Assembly (NCBI GenBank): GCA_963777605.1
Contig: CAVZRV010000028.1
Coordinates: 32,001-96,000 of the forward strand
Origin: an uncultured Acidobacteriota bacterium
Lineage (GTDB): Bacteria > Acidobacteriota > UBA6911 > RPQK01 > JAPXNP01
Direction of reading: 5' to 3'
DNA length: 64,000 nucleotides
Shown here piece after piece: positions 1-10,670 of the stretch; within the stretch, counting starts at the first letter, position 1, and the number at the start of each line of letters is the position of its first letter. The position numbers and the translations under genes were made by a program. The notes beneath the pieces were generated by a model. The model searched no databases. It was not told where the DNA came from and saw only the letters and a list, made by a program, of their open reading frames with translations.

Positions 1-148
1 GTCTTCTCGACGACCGACGAAAGGGCCCGTAGTCTTGCTCGTACAAGGGAGTGTAGGCCTGCCGGAATTCCTCCCAGTAATGTTCCAGGCACTGGTAGAG
101 CGCACTTTGCTGAGGACGTCTCGGCCGGTAGATCGCAGGTCGTGCCAT
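1..148 (-). mobile_element. 5' end of an IS91-like (Y2 rolling-circle) transposase gene, running off the window edge
   Basis: Manual translation from ATG at 148 gives MARPAIYRPRRPQQSALYQCLEHYWEEFRQAYTPLYEQDYGPFR, which resembles the N-terminus preceding the Zn-binding domain of IS91-family transposases. Not in the ORF track. Confidence 0.65.
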
Positions 149-226
149 CACCTAAACAGAACGTCCGAGCAGCACAAATCTGCGAACGATCACTGGGCCC
201 GATCGGGCTAAAACGCATTCAACGAG

Positions 227-410
227 TCAGTTCGGTGGGGCCGCCGCCCGACCATCATCTGGCGACGTTCTAGGTCGCCCCATCTCCAACCAGCACGAAA
301 CCCTCCCAGTAGATGGGGAGGGCGCCATTGCCGAACTTCCCGAGCAGATCGAGTTTGGCTTGGCGGAGGGCTGTGCCTTTGTCCTGGCCGTCGGCGAGGT
401 GCTCAAGAAG
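227..410 (-). pseudogene. C-terminal remnant of a CHAT-domain protein
   Basis: Manual translation LEHLADGQDKGTALRQAKLDLLGKFGNGALPIYWEGFVLVGDG...stop matches the CHAT C-terminal pattern ALRxAKL...P.YWAxFVLxGD. No start codon or N-terminal part. Confidence 0.65.
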
Positions 411-444
411 GGGAGCTGTTACCCAGTACCCCTTCCGTACCTTG

Positions 445-696
445 CTACTTGGCCAGCGGCGTCGGCATCAGGACCATGGCGCTGTCGTCGAGGCCCCAGT
501 GCTCAACCGCCTTGCCATTCTCGAAGCGAACGAAGTCGTAAACCTCGAAGGTGGCCTCGTTGGCCGCTGCCACCTTCGCGTCGCGGTCGGCCTGACTCTC
601 CGTTTTCTGGGCCGGGGCCTCGGACGCCGGCGGCTGGCACGCCACCAGGCCCAGAAGCACGAGGCCGAACACCATCGGTCCCTGGATCGTTCGCAT
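445..696 (-). pseudogene. Internally deleted SnoaL/ester-cyclase-like lipoprotein
   Basis: RBS GGGAGGAG, signal peptide with LVAC lipobox, then ...AAANEAT joined directly to FEVYDFVRFENGKAVEHWG (typical ester-cyclase C-terminus). The middle of the domain appears to be missing. Confidence 0.5.
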
Positions 697-751
697 CGTT
701 CTCCTCCCTTCCCACCTCTGGCAACTCGCGAAAGGCCCGTGCCAACGCAAG

Positions 752-1783
752 CTATTTCTTTCTGCTCAGAAATTGTTCGCAGCGGGTTTTGACGTTGGCT
801 TCCAGGTTACGGAACCAGAGCTCGTAATCAAAGCGATGGTAGATGCCCGGGGGAAAGCCGCCGACATCCAGCTCATCGGGGACGTCAGTCTCCAGTGCGC
901 CGGAGTCGGGGTCGACGGTGGCGCCGGCGTAGTGCGGAATTTCACGTTCGATGACGGGGCTGTTGTCGTCGAAAAAGACGGCGCCCAGATTTAGCTCTTT
1001 GCCGGCGGGTGTTGCGTCCGTGGTCCAGGTCAACGGATTGATGCAGAAGGCACCGGGAAGCAGAACGGGCGATCCGGTGGCGCCGGGGGCCTGGGTGTTG
1101 TACGAAATGATGACGCCGGTGTCATCGGCACCTGTGGCGGTTCTCATCCAAGGCGCGGCAGCCAGAATGTCCGGGGTGATTGAGTAGCCGATGAGGTAGG
1201 CTGCGACTAAGCGCTCCTGCAGCTCCGGGTCATCAAAGTACTCCTGCATCAGGGCGATCAGTGCCATGGAGCCCTGACTATGGCCAGCGAGGATGAAGGG
1301 GCGTCCCTCATTCAGATGCTCCAGATAATAGGTGAAGGCGCGAGAAACATCCGAATAGCCGACTTTGAAATATTCATTTTGAAACATGTCCTCTTCGGGG
1401 TTCAGTCTGGCCATGGACATTTGACGATAGTAGGGGGCAAACAGATTGGCCTGGCTCGAATACACACCGGCCTGCGTGGTCATCAGATTCTCGGCGATCG
1501 ACCGCAACGCTTCATCCTGAATGTCCATGTTGGGCGGAGCGTCTGCGGAATAGATGGTGGGATACACATAAAACACATCGATGGGATGGGCGGGGCTCGA
1601 GGATTGCGCGACCCAGGTGGAGGCGTCTTGATAGTCCGGGGTTGCGGCCGCATTGGTCTCGGTTGCTTTTGCCGGAACCGCGGCCGGTCCACACCCGGTT
1701 GTCCAGCAGATCAGGCAGACAAGGAGGCCGGCCATTCCAGCCGTATTGTTCGTGAGCAGTTTCGTCGCAGCACTCGGTTTCAT
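752..1783 (-). CDS. DUF3089 family alpha/beta hydrolase, probable lipoprotein
   Basis: IDVFYVYPT, FAPYYRQ, GRPFILAGHSQG nucleophile elbow, CINPLTW, YHRFDY. Signal peptide ending TTGC. Start placed at MKPSAA. Confidence 0.85.
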   Translation of the reverse strand: MKPSAATKLLTNNTAGMAGLLVCLICWTTGCGPAAVPAKATETNAAATPDYQDASTWVAQSSSPAHPIDVFYVYPTIYSADAPPNMDIQDEALRSIAENLMTTQAGVYSSQANLFAPYYRQMSMARLNPEEDMFQNEYFKVGYSDVSRAFTYYLEHLNEGRPFILAGHSQGSMALIALMQEYFDDPELQERLVAAYLIGYSITPDILAAAPWMRTATGADDTGVIISYNTQAPGATGSPVLLPGAFCINPLTWTTDATPAGKELNLGAVFFDDNSPVIEREIPHYAGATVDPDSGALETDVPDELDVGGFPPGIYHRFDYELWFRNLEANVKTRCEQFLSRKK

Positions 1784-2009
1784 TTCGACCCTTCTTTCGT
1801 AACAGCCACCTCTTCGACGGCCCGAGTAATTTTCAGGGTACCAGAGAAGGTTTCGCAAGGTGCGCAGACCGGGTCAGGACGCGGGTCATTTTGATGCAGA
1901 TCCAAATGACCAGCAGCAGCCCGGCCAAGGGCAGGAGGGCGAGTGCGGTTGTCACGACAGATCCCGGGGGTAGGGGTAGTGGATTCTCTTCTCCGTCCGC
2001 CATGGTAAA

Positions 2010-2980
2010 GATAGGAATTTGCTTTTTCCGGGAGTGAGTCTATTAGAGCGGAAATGGTGAGTAAATGCTGCAATGAGCGGCAATGAGCGCCTGGATTGAA
2101 TGTTCAGGCAGGGCGGACAGGAAGGAAGGGGCGTGGGCGCACGTCTCGGGGTTGCGGGGAGCGTGTGACTCGGTCTTTGAGCCGGAATTGGAGCACGGGG
2201 CAGACGCAGGGATATCGGCAGGAGCTGAAAAGCCGCGGCTCTTCAGCCGCGATAGACGGGGACGTCGTCCCAGAGGACCGAATCGGTGGAGGATCGCACC
2301 TTCTGAGCCTGGCGGGGAGGCAATGCGGCCAGGAGGGCCTCCAGCTTGTGGGGCAATAGGCGGGGCGGGGGTGGAGAGCGCGGCGAGTGCTCCGACAGAT
2401 TCAGGTGCTGAAGGATCTTGCGGATGACGCTCCACTGTTCAATGAAGGCAATGATCTGCATCTGATTTCCGCAGCGAGGACAAGTCAAGGGATCGACCTC
2501 GTAGATCTTCTTGATCCAGTCCAGAGCATCCAGGCAGCGCGTGACACCCTTGTTCGTGCGGTACTGGACCTGTCCGGTTTCGGCCCGCTAGAGGAGTCGA
2601 GTCCCAGCGAAACTGGGGCGCAGGATATAGGTGGACAATCGTTCCAGAGCCGCCTGATCGTCTCAATCAATCGGAGGCCCGCAGTACATCTGAAAGCCCG
2701 ACGGGTGCCAGCAGCGGAGCCGATCGGCGAACTCCCGGCTGAGACGGCGTTGCGAGGTCAGCAGCTCCAGGACGTGGTGTTGGAACAGCCGCGCGAGCCC
2801 CTCCGAGTCCAGCGGGCCGAAGGGCTGAAACTGCTCCTGCCGATCCCAGACGCCGATGCTGACCAGCGAGTGCAGGTGGGGATGGAAATTGAGTTGGTCT
2901 CCGTAGGTCTGGATGGCGACGATGGCCCCGGCAGCGGCGGCCCGGTCGAGCGACTGGGTTTGGGTGCAGTCCTGCAGAAG
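2010..2980 (-). mobile_element. Degenerate 3' portion of an IS91-like element (Y2 transposase pseudogene plus putative oriIS end)
   Basis: Translation AIQTYGDQLNFHPHLHSL (HUH)...WHPSGF...stop...ALERLSTYILRP, then a deletion, then WIKKIYEVDPLTCPRCGNQMQIIAFI. Minus-strand terminus AAAAAGCAAATTCCTATC (2027-2010) resembles the TTCCTAT oriIS end of IS91/ISCR elements. Confidence 0.8.
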
Positions 2981-3309
2981 AGATAGGGACAGACTCCTTT
3001 TTCATCAATATCAATTGGACGGAACGGGGAACAAGGGGAACTTGTTGAGGCAAAGGAAAAGGGGGCAGCGTTCGAAGAAGAAGAGGGCAACAGGACCGGA
3101 CTGCAGGTGATCCAACCGTCGGAGTCGCCGGGAGAAGATCTCCCGGGTTCCACAGGAGTGAATGGACTGGATGGACGAGCGCCGTGGCAGGATCTGGTCC
3201 AAGCGCCTGGCCGTCTTGACTCAGGGACAAGCCGAAAAGTGCCGGAGGAATTCATCCTGCCTACCGATTGCAGAAAGGTTGTGCAGGTTCAGGAACACGT
3301 TGCCCTAAA

Positions 3310-4527
3310 TGGACGAATCCGGGCAAACGGCTTCCAGAGCCGCTCCGCTTGGGCCGGCACGTACCCGCACGACCTCATCCCGCGGGCTTCTGCTGCCTCC
3401 CTTTTACCACCCTCAACTCCGCGCGTGGCTGCGTTGCTCCCGGACCGAATATAGCGCTCCCCCGAACTGGGCTACCGGATGCCGCCTCCTTCGATAGATC
3501 CCCTCCCTGCGCTTCCGCTCAATCAACCGCCTCACCGCCATCTCCACTCCCAGTGCGATCCCGTCACTGAATACCCGCTCCCGCGTCGACCAACCCGCAG
3601 CCTCCTTCCGCTCGTCCTCCCGCCACTTCGCCTCCAGTCGTTCCCGGTAGCTCTCGTAAGCCCCCTCCGCCGACACCTGTGTGAAAATCTCCTCAATCGG
3701 GATTAACTCCTCGCCTCTCCCGTGAAACCGCTGCCAGGCCGAAGACCACCTCCACTGCTCGGGCCGTTTCACCACGTGCGCCCGCGTCACATTTGTCTCC
3801 ACATACACCAGGCACCGCTCGAGCCCCGTCCGATCCAGCAATTCCAGACTCTTGAACCGGGCTCCCCAGAAATGCCCGCTTCGCCCGTAGGTCCGGTTGT
3901 ACCATTTGGCATACTCCCCGTTGACGTGTTGCATCAGGGCCGACAGGTCGAACAGCTTCCGGTTAAACCACTGCCAGTCGGCCGCAGTCCAGCCGGCCGT
4001 TTTCGTCCGGGCCTGTTCGCCCCACAACAAGAAGGCCCGGTGCTTCAACTCCCGGCGCGACAAACGGCGAAAGCACTCCATCCAGAGGATGAGGTGATAG
4101 TGCGTGCTCATGAGTTCGAACGCGGCGAGGCGGCAGGAGTAAGCACGGACATAGGCGAAGATCAGGTCCTGCAGCTTCTGGCGGGCAACGGCATCTTTGA
4201 AGGGGAAGAAGGACTGGTGGGAAACGACCCGGGTAATGAGGTGATAGAAGGTGGACTCGGGACTCTTGTGACGGGCTCGTCGCATTGCTTCGACTCCTTT
4301 CCGTTTGACGGTGCACAACCGGCGGAGGGCTCCGCCCCCTGTTTCCCATAACGTTTGAGTTCGCAAATGTGCAAGTCGAAGCCGTCTTGAGGCCGAACAA
4401 TCGCTCCCTGCTCGAAGTCGCGAGAATTCATCCGGAGAGTCTTCAAAAGGAGCAAGCCGGCACGAGATTCCTTGAGTTCAGGACACTTGCAAACAACAGC
4501 CTGAGCCAGAAAAACGAGTCTGTCCCT
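3310..4527 (-). mobile_element. RAYT/Y1-transposase element, copy 1 (1218-bp block repeated at 20560-21777)
   Basis: Direct repeat at offset 17250 with 4 substitutions seen by eye. The shared block ends exactly at GAGTCTGTCCCT. Confidence 0.9.
3413..4285 (-). CDS. Y1 HUH transposase (IS200-like / REP-associated tyrosine transposase family)
   Basis: YHLITR, LMSTHYHLIL (HUH), GHFWGARFKS, LVYVETN (catalytic Tyr position), WRWSS. Start placed at MRRARHK. Confidence 0.88.
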   Translation of the reverse strand: MRRARHKSPESTFYHLITRVVSHQSFFPFKDAVARQKLQDLIFAYVRAYSCRLAAFELMSTHYHLILWMECFRRLSRRELKHRAFLLWGEQARTKTAGWTAADWQWFNRKLFDLSALMQHVNGEYAKWYNRTYGRSGHFWGARFKSLELLDRTGLERCLVYVETNVTRAHVVKRPEQWRWSSAWQRFHGRGEELIPIEEIFTQVSAEGAYESYRERLEAKWREDERKEAAGWSTRERVFSDGIALGVEMAVRRLIERKRREGIYRRRRHPVAQFGGALYSVREQRSHARS

Positions 4528-4528
4528 C

Positions 4529-4562
4529 TTGTTGCTGTCCGCACTCGCGCGGACAGCAACAA
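4529..4562. repeat. Perfect 14-bp hairpin abutting the element end
   Basis: TTGTTGCTGTCCGC-actcgc-GCGGACAGCAACAA. Confidence 0.85.
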
Positions 4563-4766
4563 AGCAGCAAGGCAGATAACGCACAAGAATCAGCCTGTCC
4601 CCATTTCCTGACCAACGATAATGCGATAGGGCGATTCATTTGGTCAGGCGACAGAATCTCAGGCTGGGTCCATCAAACTAAGGAGCCGCATCTGGTTCCC
4701 ATCAGATCGGTAACCGCTACCTACCAAGGACATCAAAACGCTTGACACGGGAGTAAACTTTGAGAC

Positions 4767-7604
4767 GTGACACAGCACTCAGTCGACAATCATTCTTCCC
4801 CAGGAACAAAGATCGCACTGTTTCGCTCTCTCTTCAGAGGCCGCGAAGATGTCTATCCTCGCGAATTTCACAGCCGAAAAACGGGCAAGTCAGGGTACTC
4901 GCCGGCATGTGGAAATGAGTGGATTCGAGGAGTTTGTGACAAGCCGACGACCAAGTGCAGCCAGTGCTCTCACCAGCGATTCCTGGTCGTCTCAGATGAA
5001 GTGATTCGTTTTCACCTGGAAGGAAACGACGAGCGCGGCCGTGACTTTGTCATCGGCGTTTACCCAATGCTTCGGGATGAGACCTGCTGGTTTCTTGCGG
5101 TGGATTTTGACAAGATTTCATGGAAGGATGACGCACTCGCATTCCTCGAAACCTGCCACGATCTGAAGATTCCAGCTGCTCTGGAGCGCTCTCGCTCGGG
5201 GAAGGGAGCCCACGTCTGGATTTTCTTTGATGCCCCCCTGTGCGCTCCAATTGCACGCTCCCTGGGAACCCACATTCTGACCGAGACTATGGAGCACCGA
5301 CCTGATATCGGGCTGGACTCATACGACCGTCTATTCCCAAATCAGGACACTTTGCCCACTGGCGGCTTCGGGAACCTGATCGCACTCCCCTTGCAGAGGC
5401 GTGCACGGGATCGAGGGAACAGCCTATTCGTTGACGACAGGCTGCAACCCTACAACGATCAGTGGGCCTTCCTCGACCAAGTGCGCAGGCTCCCCTGCTC
5501 CGAAGCCGAGGCGATCGTCGATAAGGCAATGATGAAGGGACGGATTGTTGGTGTCCGACTTGTGCCCGAAGAAGACGAACTCACTCCATGGAGATCCCCT
5601 CCATCCCGCCGGAGCATCGCCCCTCCCGTCACGGGGCCGCTGCCCGGGAAGTTGGAACTGACAATGGGGAACGAACTATTCATCCCAACTGTAGGACTAT
5701 CTCCGAGCCTGCGCAACCGCCTCATCCGTGTCGCAGCCTTTCAGAACCCCGAATTCTATCGGGCCCAGGCAATGCGACTGCCCACCTATAAGAAACCCAG
5801 GGTAATAGGGTGTGCCAGAGAATACTCTCATCATATCGGCATACCGAGAGGGTGTCTTGACGAGATTCAACGTCTGCTGTCCGATCTCGGGATCAAGCTC
5901 AACGTGGTAGATGAACGTAATGCCGGAGAGCGTCTTGACGTAAGTTTCACCGGAAGGTTGCTGCCAGAGCAGAAACTTGCAGCGGATGAACTCCTCAGAT
6001 TTGACACGGGGGTTCTTTCTGCAGCTACTGCATTCGGCAAGACTGTCGTTGGCGCCAACCTTATAGCTCGGCGTAGAGTTAACACGCTCGTTGTCGTTCA
6101 TCGGAGACAACTTCTCGAACAGTGGGTCGAACGTCTCGCGACATTTCTCTCTATACCCAAGTCAGATATTGGGATCGTTGGTGGCGGAAAAAGGGACGCC
6201 AATGGCTGTCTGGATGTAGCCTTGATCCAGAGCCTCATTAGACTCGGGGAAATCGACGACCTGTTGGGCAGGTACGGGCAGGTAATCTTCGACGAGTGCC
6301 ATCACATCCCCGCCCGGAGCTTCGAAGAGGTAGCCCGACAGGCAAAAGCGAAATTCATCCTTGGCCTCTCGGCTACACCGATTCGCAAGGATGGACACCA
6401 CCCGATCATTTTCATGCAGTGCGGCGAAATCCGATACCGTGTCGATGCAAGGAAACAGGCCATTGGCAGACCGTTCGATCACACCGTAATCGTCTGCCCG
6501 ACTGATTTCCGGCCGATTCGACCTGAAGATCCCGATGCTCGACTCAGATTCCAAGACCTTTATGATGAGTTGACCACGGATAATTTGAGAAATCAGGCCA
6601 TTTGCAGAGACATTGTCAAAGCCGTTCGGGAAGGACACTTTCCTTTGGTTCTCACTGAGCGCAAGGAGCATCTCGAAGTTCTGGCCGAGCAACTGACAGG
6701 CAACGTCGATCACTTAATCACGTTCATGGGCGGAATGGGGCAGAAAGCACTTCGCGAAGCCCGTGCGAAGCTTGCATCAATCCCAAGGGAAGAAGCCAGG
6801 GTTCTACTGGCAACCGGGGCATTTATCGGAGAGGGTTTCGATGACGCGCGCCTGGACACCCTTTTTCTGACGCTGCCAATCTCGTGGAAAGGTACCGTCG
6901 CACAGTACTTGGGTCGGCTACACAGACTTCACCGAGACAAACACGAAGTCCGAGTCTACGACTACGCTGATCTGAATGTCCCGATGCTGTCGAGGATGTT
7001 CGATCGTCGGTGCAGGGGATACGAGGCCGCCGGCTATAGAATCCTGCTGCCGGCGAGCGCTCTTTCAGGCTGGCCTGCAGATGTCCCGTTGCCCATCGAC
7101 CCCGAATGGAAGAAAGACTACGCCGCCAGCGTCCGAAGACTGGTCCGCGACGGAGTTGATCGCAAGTTGGCCGATCTTTTCACGTTGGTATCCCCGCCCA
7201 TCCTCACGGCCCAGAATACTGGAGTTTCATCCGAGCGAGCCCGAAGCGCCAGTGAATCTTTCCTTTTTCGCCGATTGGAGACCCTCGATCAGACCAAAGG
7301 TCGCTTCCATATGAACGTCGAAATCCCAATTCAGTTCAACGAACGGGGATCGATGGAAGTGGACTTCCTCTGCAGGGACTTGTCCATTGTGCTGGAGTTG
7401 GACGGAGACCAACATCTTGCGAGTGCCGATGCTTACCGGAGCGATCGCCGTAAAGACTACCTTTTGCAGGAACATGGCTACCTCGTGCTTCGTTTCCTGG
7501 CAAGCGATCTGGGCAGACGACTCGACGACGTTATCGACACGGTTCTCCGAGCGATGGAACATCAAGCGCTGAAGGCAACTCGATCGATGGATGCAATCCA
7601 ATAG
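4767..7604 (+). CDS. AEP primase-like (TOTE-type) domain + SF2 DEAH/ResIII helicase + DUF559 endonuclease fusion
   Basis: LFRGREDVY, AVDFD, ERSRSGKGAHVWIFF, FGNLIALPLQ (primase); AATAFGKT, DECHH, GLSATP, GEGFD, QYLGRLHR (helicase); EVDFL...LELDGDQH...DRRKD...GYLVLRF (DUF559). Confidence 0.85.
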   Translation: MTQHSVDNHSSPGTKIALFRSLFRGREDVYPREFHSRKTGKSGYSPACGNEWIRGVCDKPTTKCSQCSHQRFLVVSDEVIRFHLEGNDERGRDFVIGVYPMLRDETCWFLAVDFDKISWKDDALAFLETCHDLKIPAALERSRSGKGAHVWIFFDAPLCAPIARSLGTHILTETMEHRPDIGLDSYDRLFPNQDTLPTGGFGNLIALPLQRRARDRGNSLFVDDRLQPYNDQWAFLDQVRRLPCSEAEAIVDKAMMKGRIVGVRLVPEEDELTPWRSPPSRRSIAPPVTGPLPGKLELTMGNELFIPTVGLSPSLRNRLIRVAAFQNPEFYRAQAMRLPTYKKPRVIGCAREYSHHIGIPRGCLDEIQRLLSDLGIKLNVVDERNAGERLDVSFTGRLLPEQKLAADELLRFDTGVLSAATAFGKTVVGANLIARRRVNTLVVVHRRQLLEQWVERLATFLSIPKSDIGIVGGGKRDANGCLDVALIQSLIRLGEIDDLLGRYGQVIFDECHHIPARSFEEVARQAKAKFILGLSATPIRKDGHHPIIFMQCGEIRYRVDARKQAIGRPFDHTVIVCPTDFRPIRPEDPDARLRFQDLYDELTTDNLRNQAICRDIVKAVREGHFPLVLTERKEHLEVLAEQLTGNVDHLITFMGGMGQKALREARAKLASIPREEARVLLATGAFIGEGFDDARLDTLFLTLPISWKGTVAQYLGRLHRLHRDKHEVRVYDYADLNVPMLSRMFDRRCRGYEAAGYRILLPASALSGWPADVPLPIDPEWKKDYAASVRRLVRDGVDRKLADLFTLVSPPILTAQNTGVSSERARSASESFLFRRLETLDQTKGRFHMNVEIPIQFNERGSMEVDFLCRDLSIVLELDGDQHLASADAYRSDRRKDYLLQEHGYLVLRFLASDLGRRLDDVIDTVLRAMEHQALKATRSMDAIQ

Positions 7605-7787
7605 AGTTTCTCTCCAAATCGCAGGTCACGCCCCCGTGCCGCTGGCCTGTCCGGTCTTGGCTGCCTGAATTCCCTGCTCCTCTGGCCTTTCGCTGGATGC
7701 CTTTTGCGACCCGCGTTCCGCATTCGGACGGGCCGAAGAACGATTCCGCTTTTGCACTTCTCCACGTCGTGACCTAAGATTCACAGC

Positions 7788-9116
7788 ATGAATGGTATGC
7801 GTCGTCCAAATCGCCGTCTGTTCCTGAAATCCGTCACTGCTGCTTCCGTCGCCGCGCCCGCCGTTGTGCCACGAATCTGGAGTGCTCCACCGTCAGATCG
7901 CGTGATGCATGCCAGCATCGGCGCCGGTGGAATGGCTCGGGCCGACCTTACCCAGATCTGCAAGGCTGACAACGTTCAACTTGTGGCTGTCGCCGATGTC
8001 GATGCAGGTCGAACCAAGGGACTGAAGGACAAGTGGCCCGATTTACGGATCTATTCAGACTGGCGGGAACTTCTCGACAAAGAGAAAGAACTCGACTCGG
8101 TCAACGTGTCCACTCCCGATCATATGCACGCCCCGATTGGGATGAGCGCGATGGCGAGAGGTTTGAGCGTTTATGGGCAGAAGCCCTTGACTCACGACAT
8201 CCACGAAACCCGACGGCTCACCCTCGAGGCCGCGAAGCGTGGCACTGTCACACAAATGGGAATCCAGATTCACTCTGGACCCGAATATCGTCTTGCGGTG
8301 CAATTGATTCAGGGCAAGGCCATCGGCCTGGTCAAGGAAGTGCACACCTGGAGCAGCAAGAAGTGGGGCGATGATGGCCCCATGCCGCAGCGTACCGACC
8401 CGATTCCGGAGGGATTCGACTGGGACCTCTGGCTGGGCGTCTGTGCCAAGCGTCCCTTCATCGGTAATGCCTGGTACCATCCGGGCAACTGGCGGCGACG
8501 CCTGGATTTCGGAACCGGCACATTCGGCGACATGGGGTGCCACATCTACGACCCGGTCTTCAAATCATTGGCATTGACGGCCCCTTTGACCGTCCGAAGT
8601 GAAGGCGCCGCACCCAATGAGCACTCCTGGGCTACGGATGCAATCGTAGAGTATATCTTCCCAGGAACACCATATTCAGCAGGCCCGACCGTCAAGGTGA
8701 CCTGGTACGATGGCGACCAGCGGCCGCCGTCACCAATCATCGCCCGGGCCGGAGGCAAGCTGCCCGACCAGGGATCAGTCTTTATCGGAACAGAAGGTGT
8801 GATGGTTTTACCTCACATCGACAAGCCGAAACTGCTCCCCGAAGAGGACTTCAGGGATTTCAGAATGCCCGAGGTCGAGGGCTCCAGCCATTGGGTTCAA
8901 TTCGTCGAAGCCGTTCGTGGAAACGGCAAGACTTCGGCTGGCTTCGAGTATTCCGGCCCGTTGACCGAAGCGGTTCTGCTCGGCAGCGTCGCGAGTCGAT
9001 TTCCGAAAACGACTCTAAGCTGGGATGCTGAGAAGATGCAGTTCATCGCCCTGGATGAAGCCGACCAGTTCCTGGCAAAGACTTATCGAAAGGGCTGGGA
9101 AGTCGACGGGCTGTAA
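7788..9116 (+). CDS. Gfo/Idh/MocA family oxidoreductase with Tat signal
   Basis: NRRLFLK, IGAGGM, VSTPDHMHA, YGQKPL, GDMGCH. Confidence 0.92.
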   Translation: MNGMRRPNRRLFLKSVTAASVAAPAVVPRIWSAPPSDRVMHASIGAGGMARADLTQICKADNVQLVAVADVDAGRTKGLKDKWPDLRIYSDWRELLDKEKELDSVNVSTPDHMHAPIGMSAMARGLSVYGQKPLTHDIHETRRLTLEAAKRGTVTQMGIQIHSGPEYRLAVQLIQGKAIGLVKEVHTWSSKKWGDDGPMPQRTDPIPEGFDWDLWLGVCAKRPFIGNAWYHPGNWRRRLDFGTGTFGDMGCHIYDPVFKSLALTAPLTVRSEGAAPNEHSWATDAIVEYIFPGTPYSAGPTVKVTWYDGDQRPPSPIIARAGGKLPDQGSVFIGTEGVMVLPHIDKPKLLPEEDFRDFRMPEVEGSSHWVQFVEAVRGNGKTSAGFEYSGPLTEAVLLGSVASRFPKTTLSWDAEKMQFIALDEADQFLAKTYRKGWEVDGL

Positions 9117-9140
9117 AACACCCGTGCGGGCACCAATAGC

Positions 9141-9372
9141 AAGGGACAGGCTGGTTTTCAAGTGATGCGACGCTTCAGGGAGGGGAGCAAGGGACAGGCT
9201 GATTTTCGATCAAAGATTCATGAAGCTTTTTTCCAGTTGACGTCGAAGGTCCAGCACCGGCTTGTCCACTTTGGTCTTGGCCGATTACCGATGTCAAGGG
9301 TCGGCTTCGGGTCTGCTAGCGAGGATCACAACTGGTTCAGAAAGAGTCTGTCCCCTTGTGCTAATGTGCTAA
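9141..9372. repeat. Cluster of three AGYCTGTCCCYT-type motifs (two reverse, one forward)
   Basis: AAGGGACAGGCTG at 9141 and 9189; GAGTCTGTCCCCTT at 9344. Lies between convergent genes. Confidence 0.8.
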
Positions 9373-9424
9373 TTGCCCCCGGGACGATAGAGACACCGTT
9401 ATGAAATCGTCTTTAGCCTGCTGA

Positions 9425-10666
9425 TTACGGGCGTTCAAGGCGCCGAACCAGCGCAATCAGAGAGAAGACGACCAACACGATGATGCCCAAGGTGACGTAG
9501 AAGCCGCGTCGGCGGTACTCGAGGTCCCGCATGGCCTGATTGCCTGCGGCAAGACCCTTCTCCGCGACAGCCAAACCGTCTGAGACCACCGCTTTCACTT
9601 TGTCGGCGTTAAAAGAGTGCACCTGCTGGCGGGCGAGGACTAGTTCCTGTCTACCCTGCTGAAGATCAAAAAGCGGCCCGCTCACCTCCATACCCGCCTC
9701 TTGCGCCCGCTGCAATATTTTATGGGCCGATTCCATCTGCAGGTTGAGCCCACCGATCGCCTCTGCAATCTGCTGGGCGGTCTCAGTCCCCTTATCGTCT
9801 TGATGGCACTCGGTGCAGACCGCCTTATCTCCGACCAGCATGAAGTCTCCAGTGGCCAGTACGGCGTGATTGCCGTGGCACTGAATGCAGGCATGGAGCC
9901 CCATTGCCGGAAAAACCTGGTGGGGACTATCCTGAAACAACGACTTTTCCTGCTTATGGCACATTCCACAGACGTTCTCCAAGGAATCCACACCGGGGGG
10001 AACCGCTCCGTGGGCCCCGTGGCAACTGTTACAGGTGGGAGCGCTCAGATCACCATCTTGCAGGAGTGCCTGAGCATGCATGCTCTTCTTGTATTCGCTC
10101 ACCTGGTCGGTGGGAATGTCGTACGGCTTCATATACTCCGGGTCGGAATGACAGCGGCCACAGGTGTCCGCCACGTTCGTCGGGTAAACGGGAGCAGTTG
10201 AGTTGGTGACCTCGAGAATGTCGTGAACCGAATGACAACTGATGCAAACCGCAACCTTCTGATCCCCCTTCTTCAATAAGATTCCGTGGCGACTGGTTCG
10301 GTAGGCTGACAGTTGGTCGGTCCGCAATTGGGGATTGTACTTCTTCATGAAGTCTGGAGACGCGTGGCACGAGCCGCAAAACTCAGGAATCGTCTCTCGG
10401 GCTGGGGCACCAACGAACCCCTTGCTTGGACTCATCGCCTGCTCCGGTTCCAAGGCTGTGGGATCCCCACCATGACAGGACCCACAAGTAAGCCCAGCCT
10501 GATTGTGAATATCCGTCGGAAAGAGGTCGGCCGGCCTTTTCAGGTCCCCTTCCAACGCCTGATGGCACTGGAGGCAAGAATCGTCTGGGGCACCGGACCC
10601 TTGCCGTGCAAAGCCCAGGGCCCAAGGCACCCAAATCGCCAAGACCACAACATATCGAATATTCAT
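9425..10666 (-). CDS. Nonaheme cytochrome c with C-terminal membrane anchor
   Basis: Nine CxxCH motifs (CLQCH, CGSCH x2, CISCH, CGRCH, CNSCH, CGMCH, CIQCH, CTECH), signal peptide, helical region and C-terminal TM helix. Confidence 0.9.
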   Translation of the reverse strand: MNIRYVVVLAIWVPWALGFARQGSGAPDDSCLQCHQALEGDLKRPADLFPTDIHNQAGLTCGSCHGGDPTALEPEQAMSPSKGFVGAPARETIPEFCGSCHASPDFMKKYNPQLRTDQLSAYRTSRHGILLKKGDQKVAVCISCHSVHDILEVTNSTAPVYPTNVADTCGRCHSDPEYMKPYDIPTDQVSEYKKSMHAQALLQDGDLSAPTCNSCHGAHGAVPPGVDSLENVCGMCHKQEKSLFQDSPHQVFPAMGLHACIQCHGNHAVLATGDFMLVGDKAVCTECHQDDKGTETAQQIAEAIGGLNLQMESAHKILQRAQEAGMEVSGPLFDLQQGRQELVLARQQVHSFNADKVKAVVSDGLAVAEKGLAAGNQAMRDLEYRRRGFYVTLGIIVLVVFSLIALVRRLERP

Positions 10667-10670
10667 CGGT

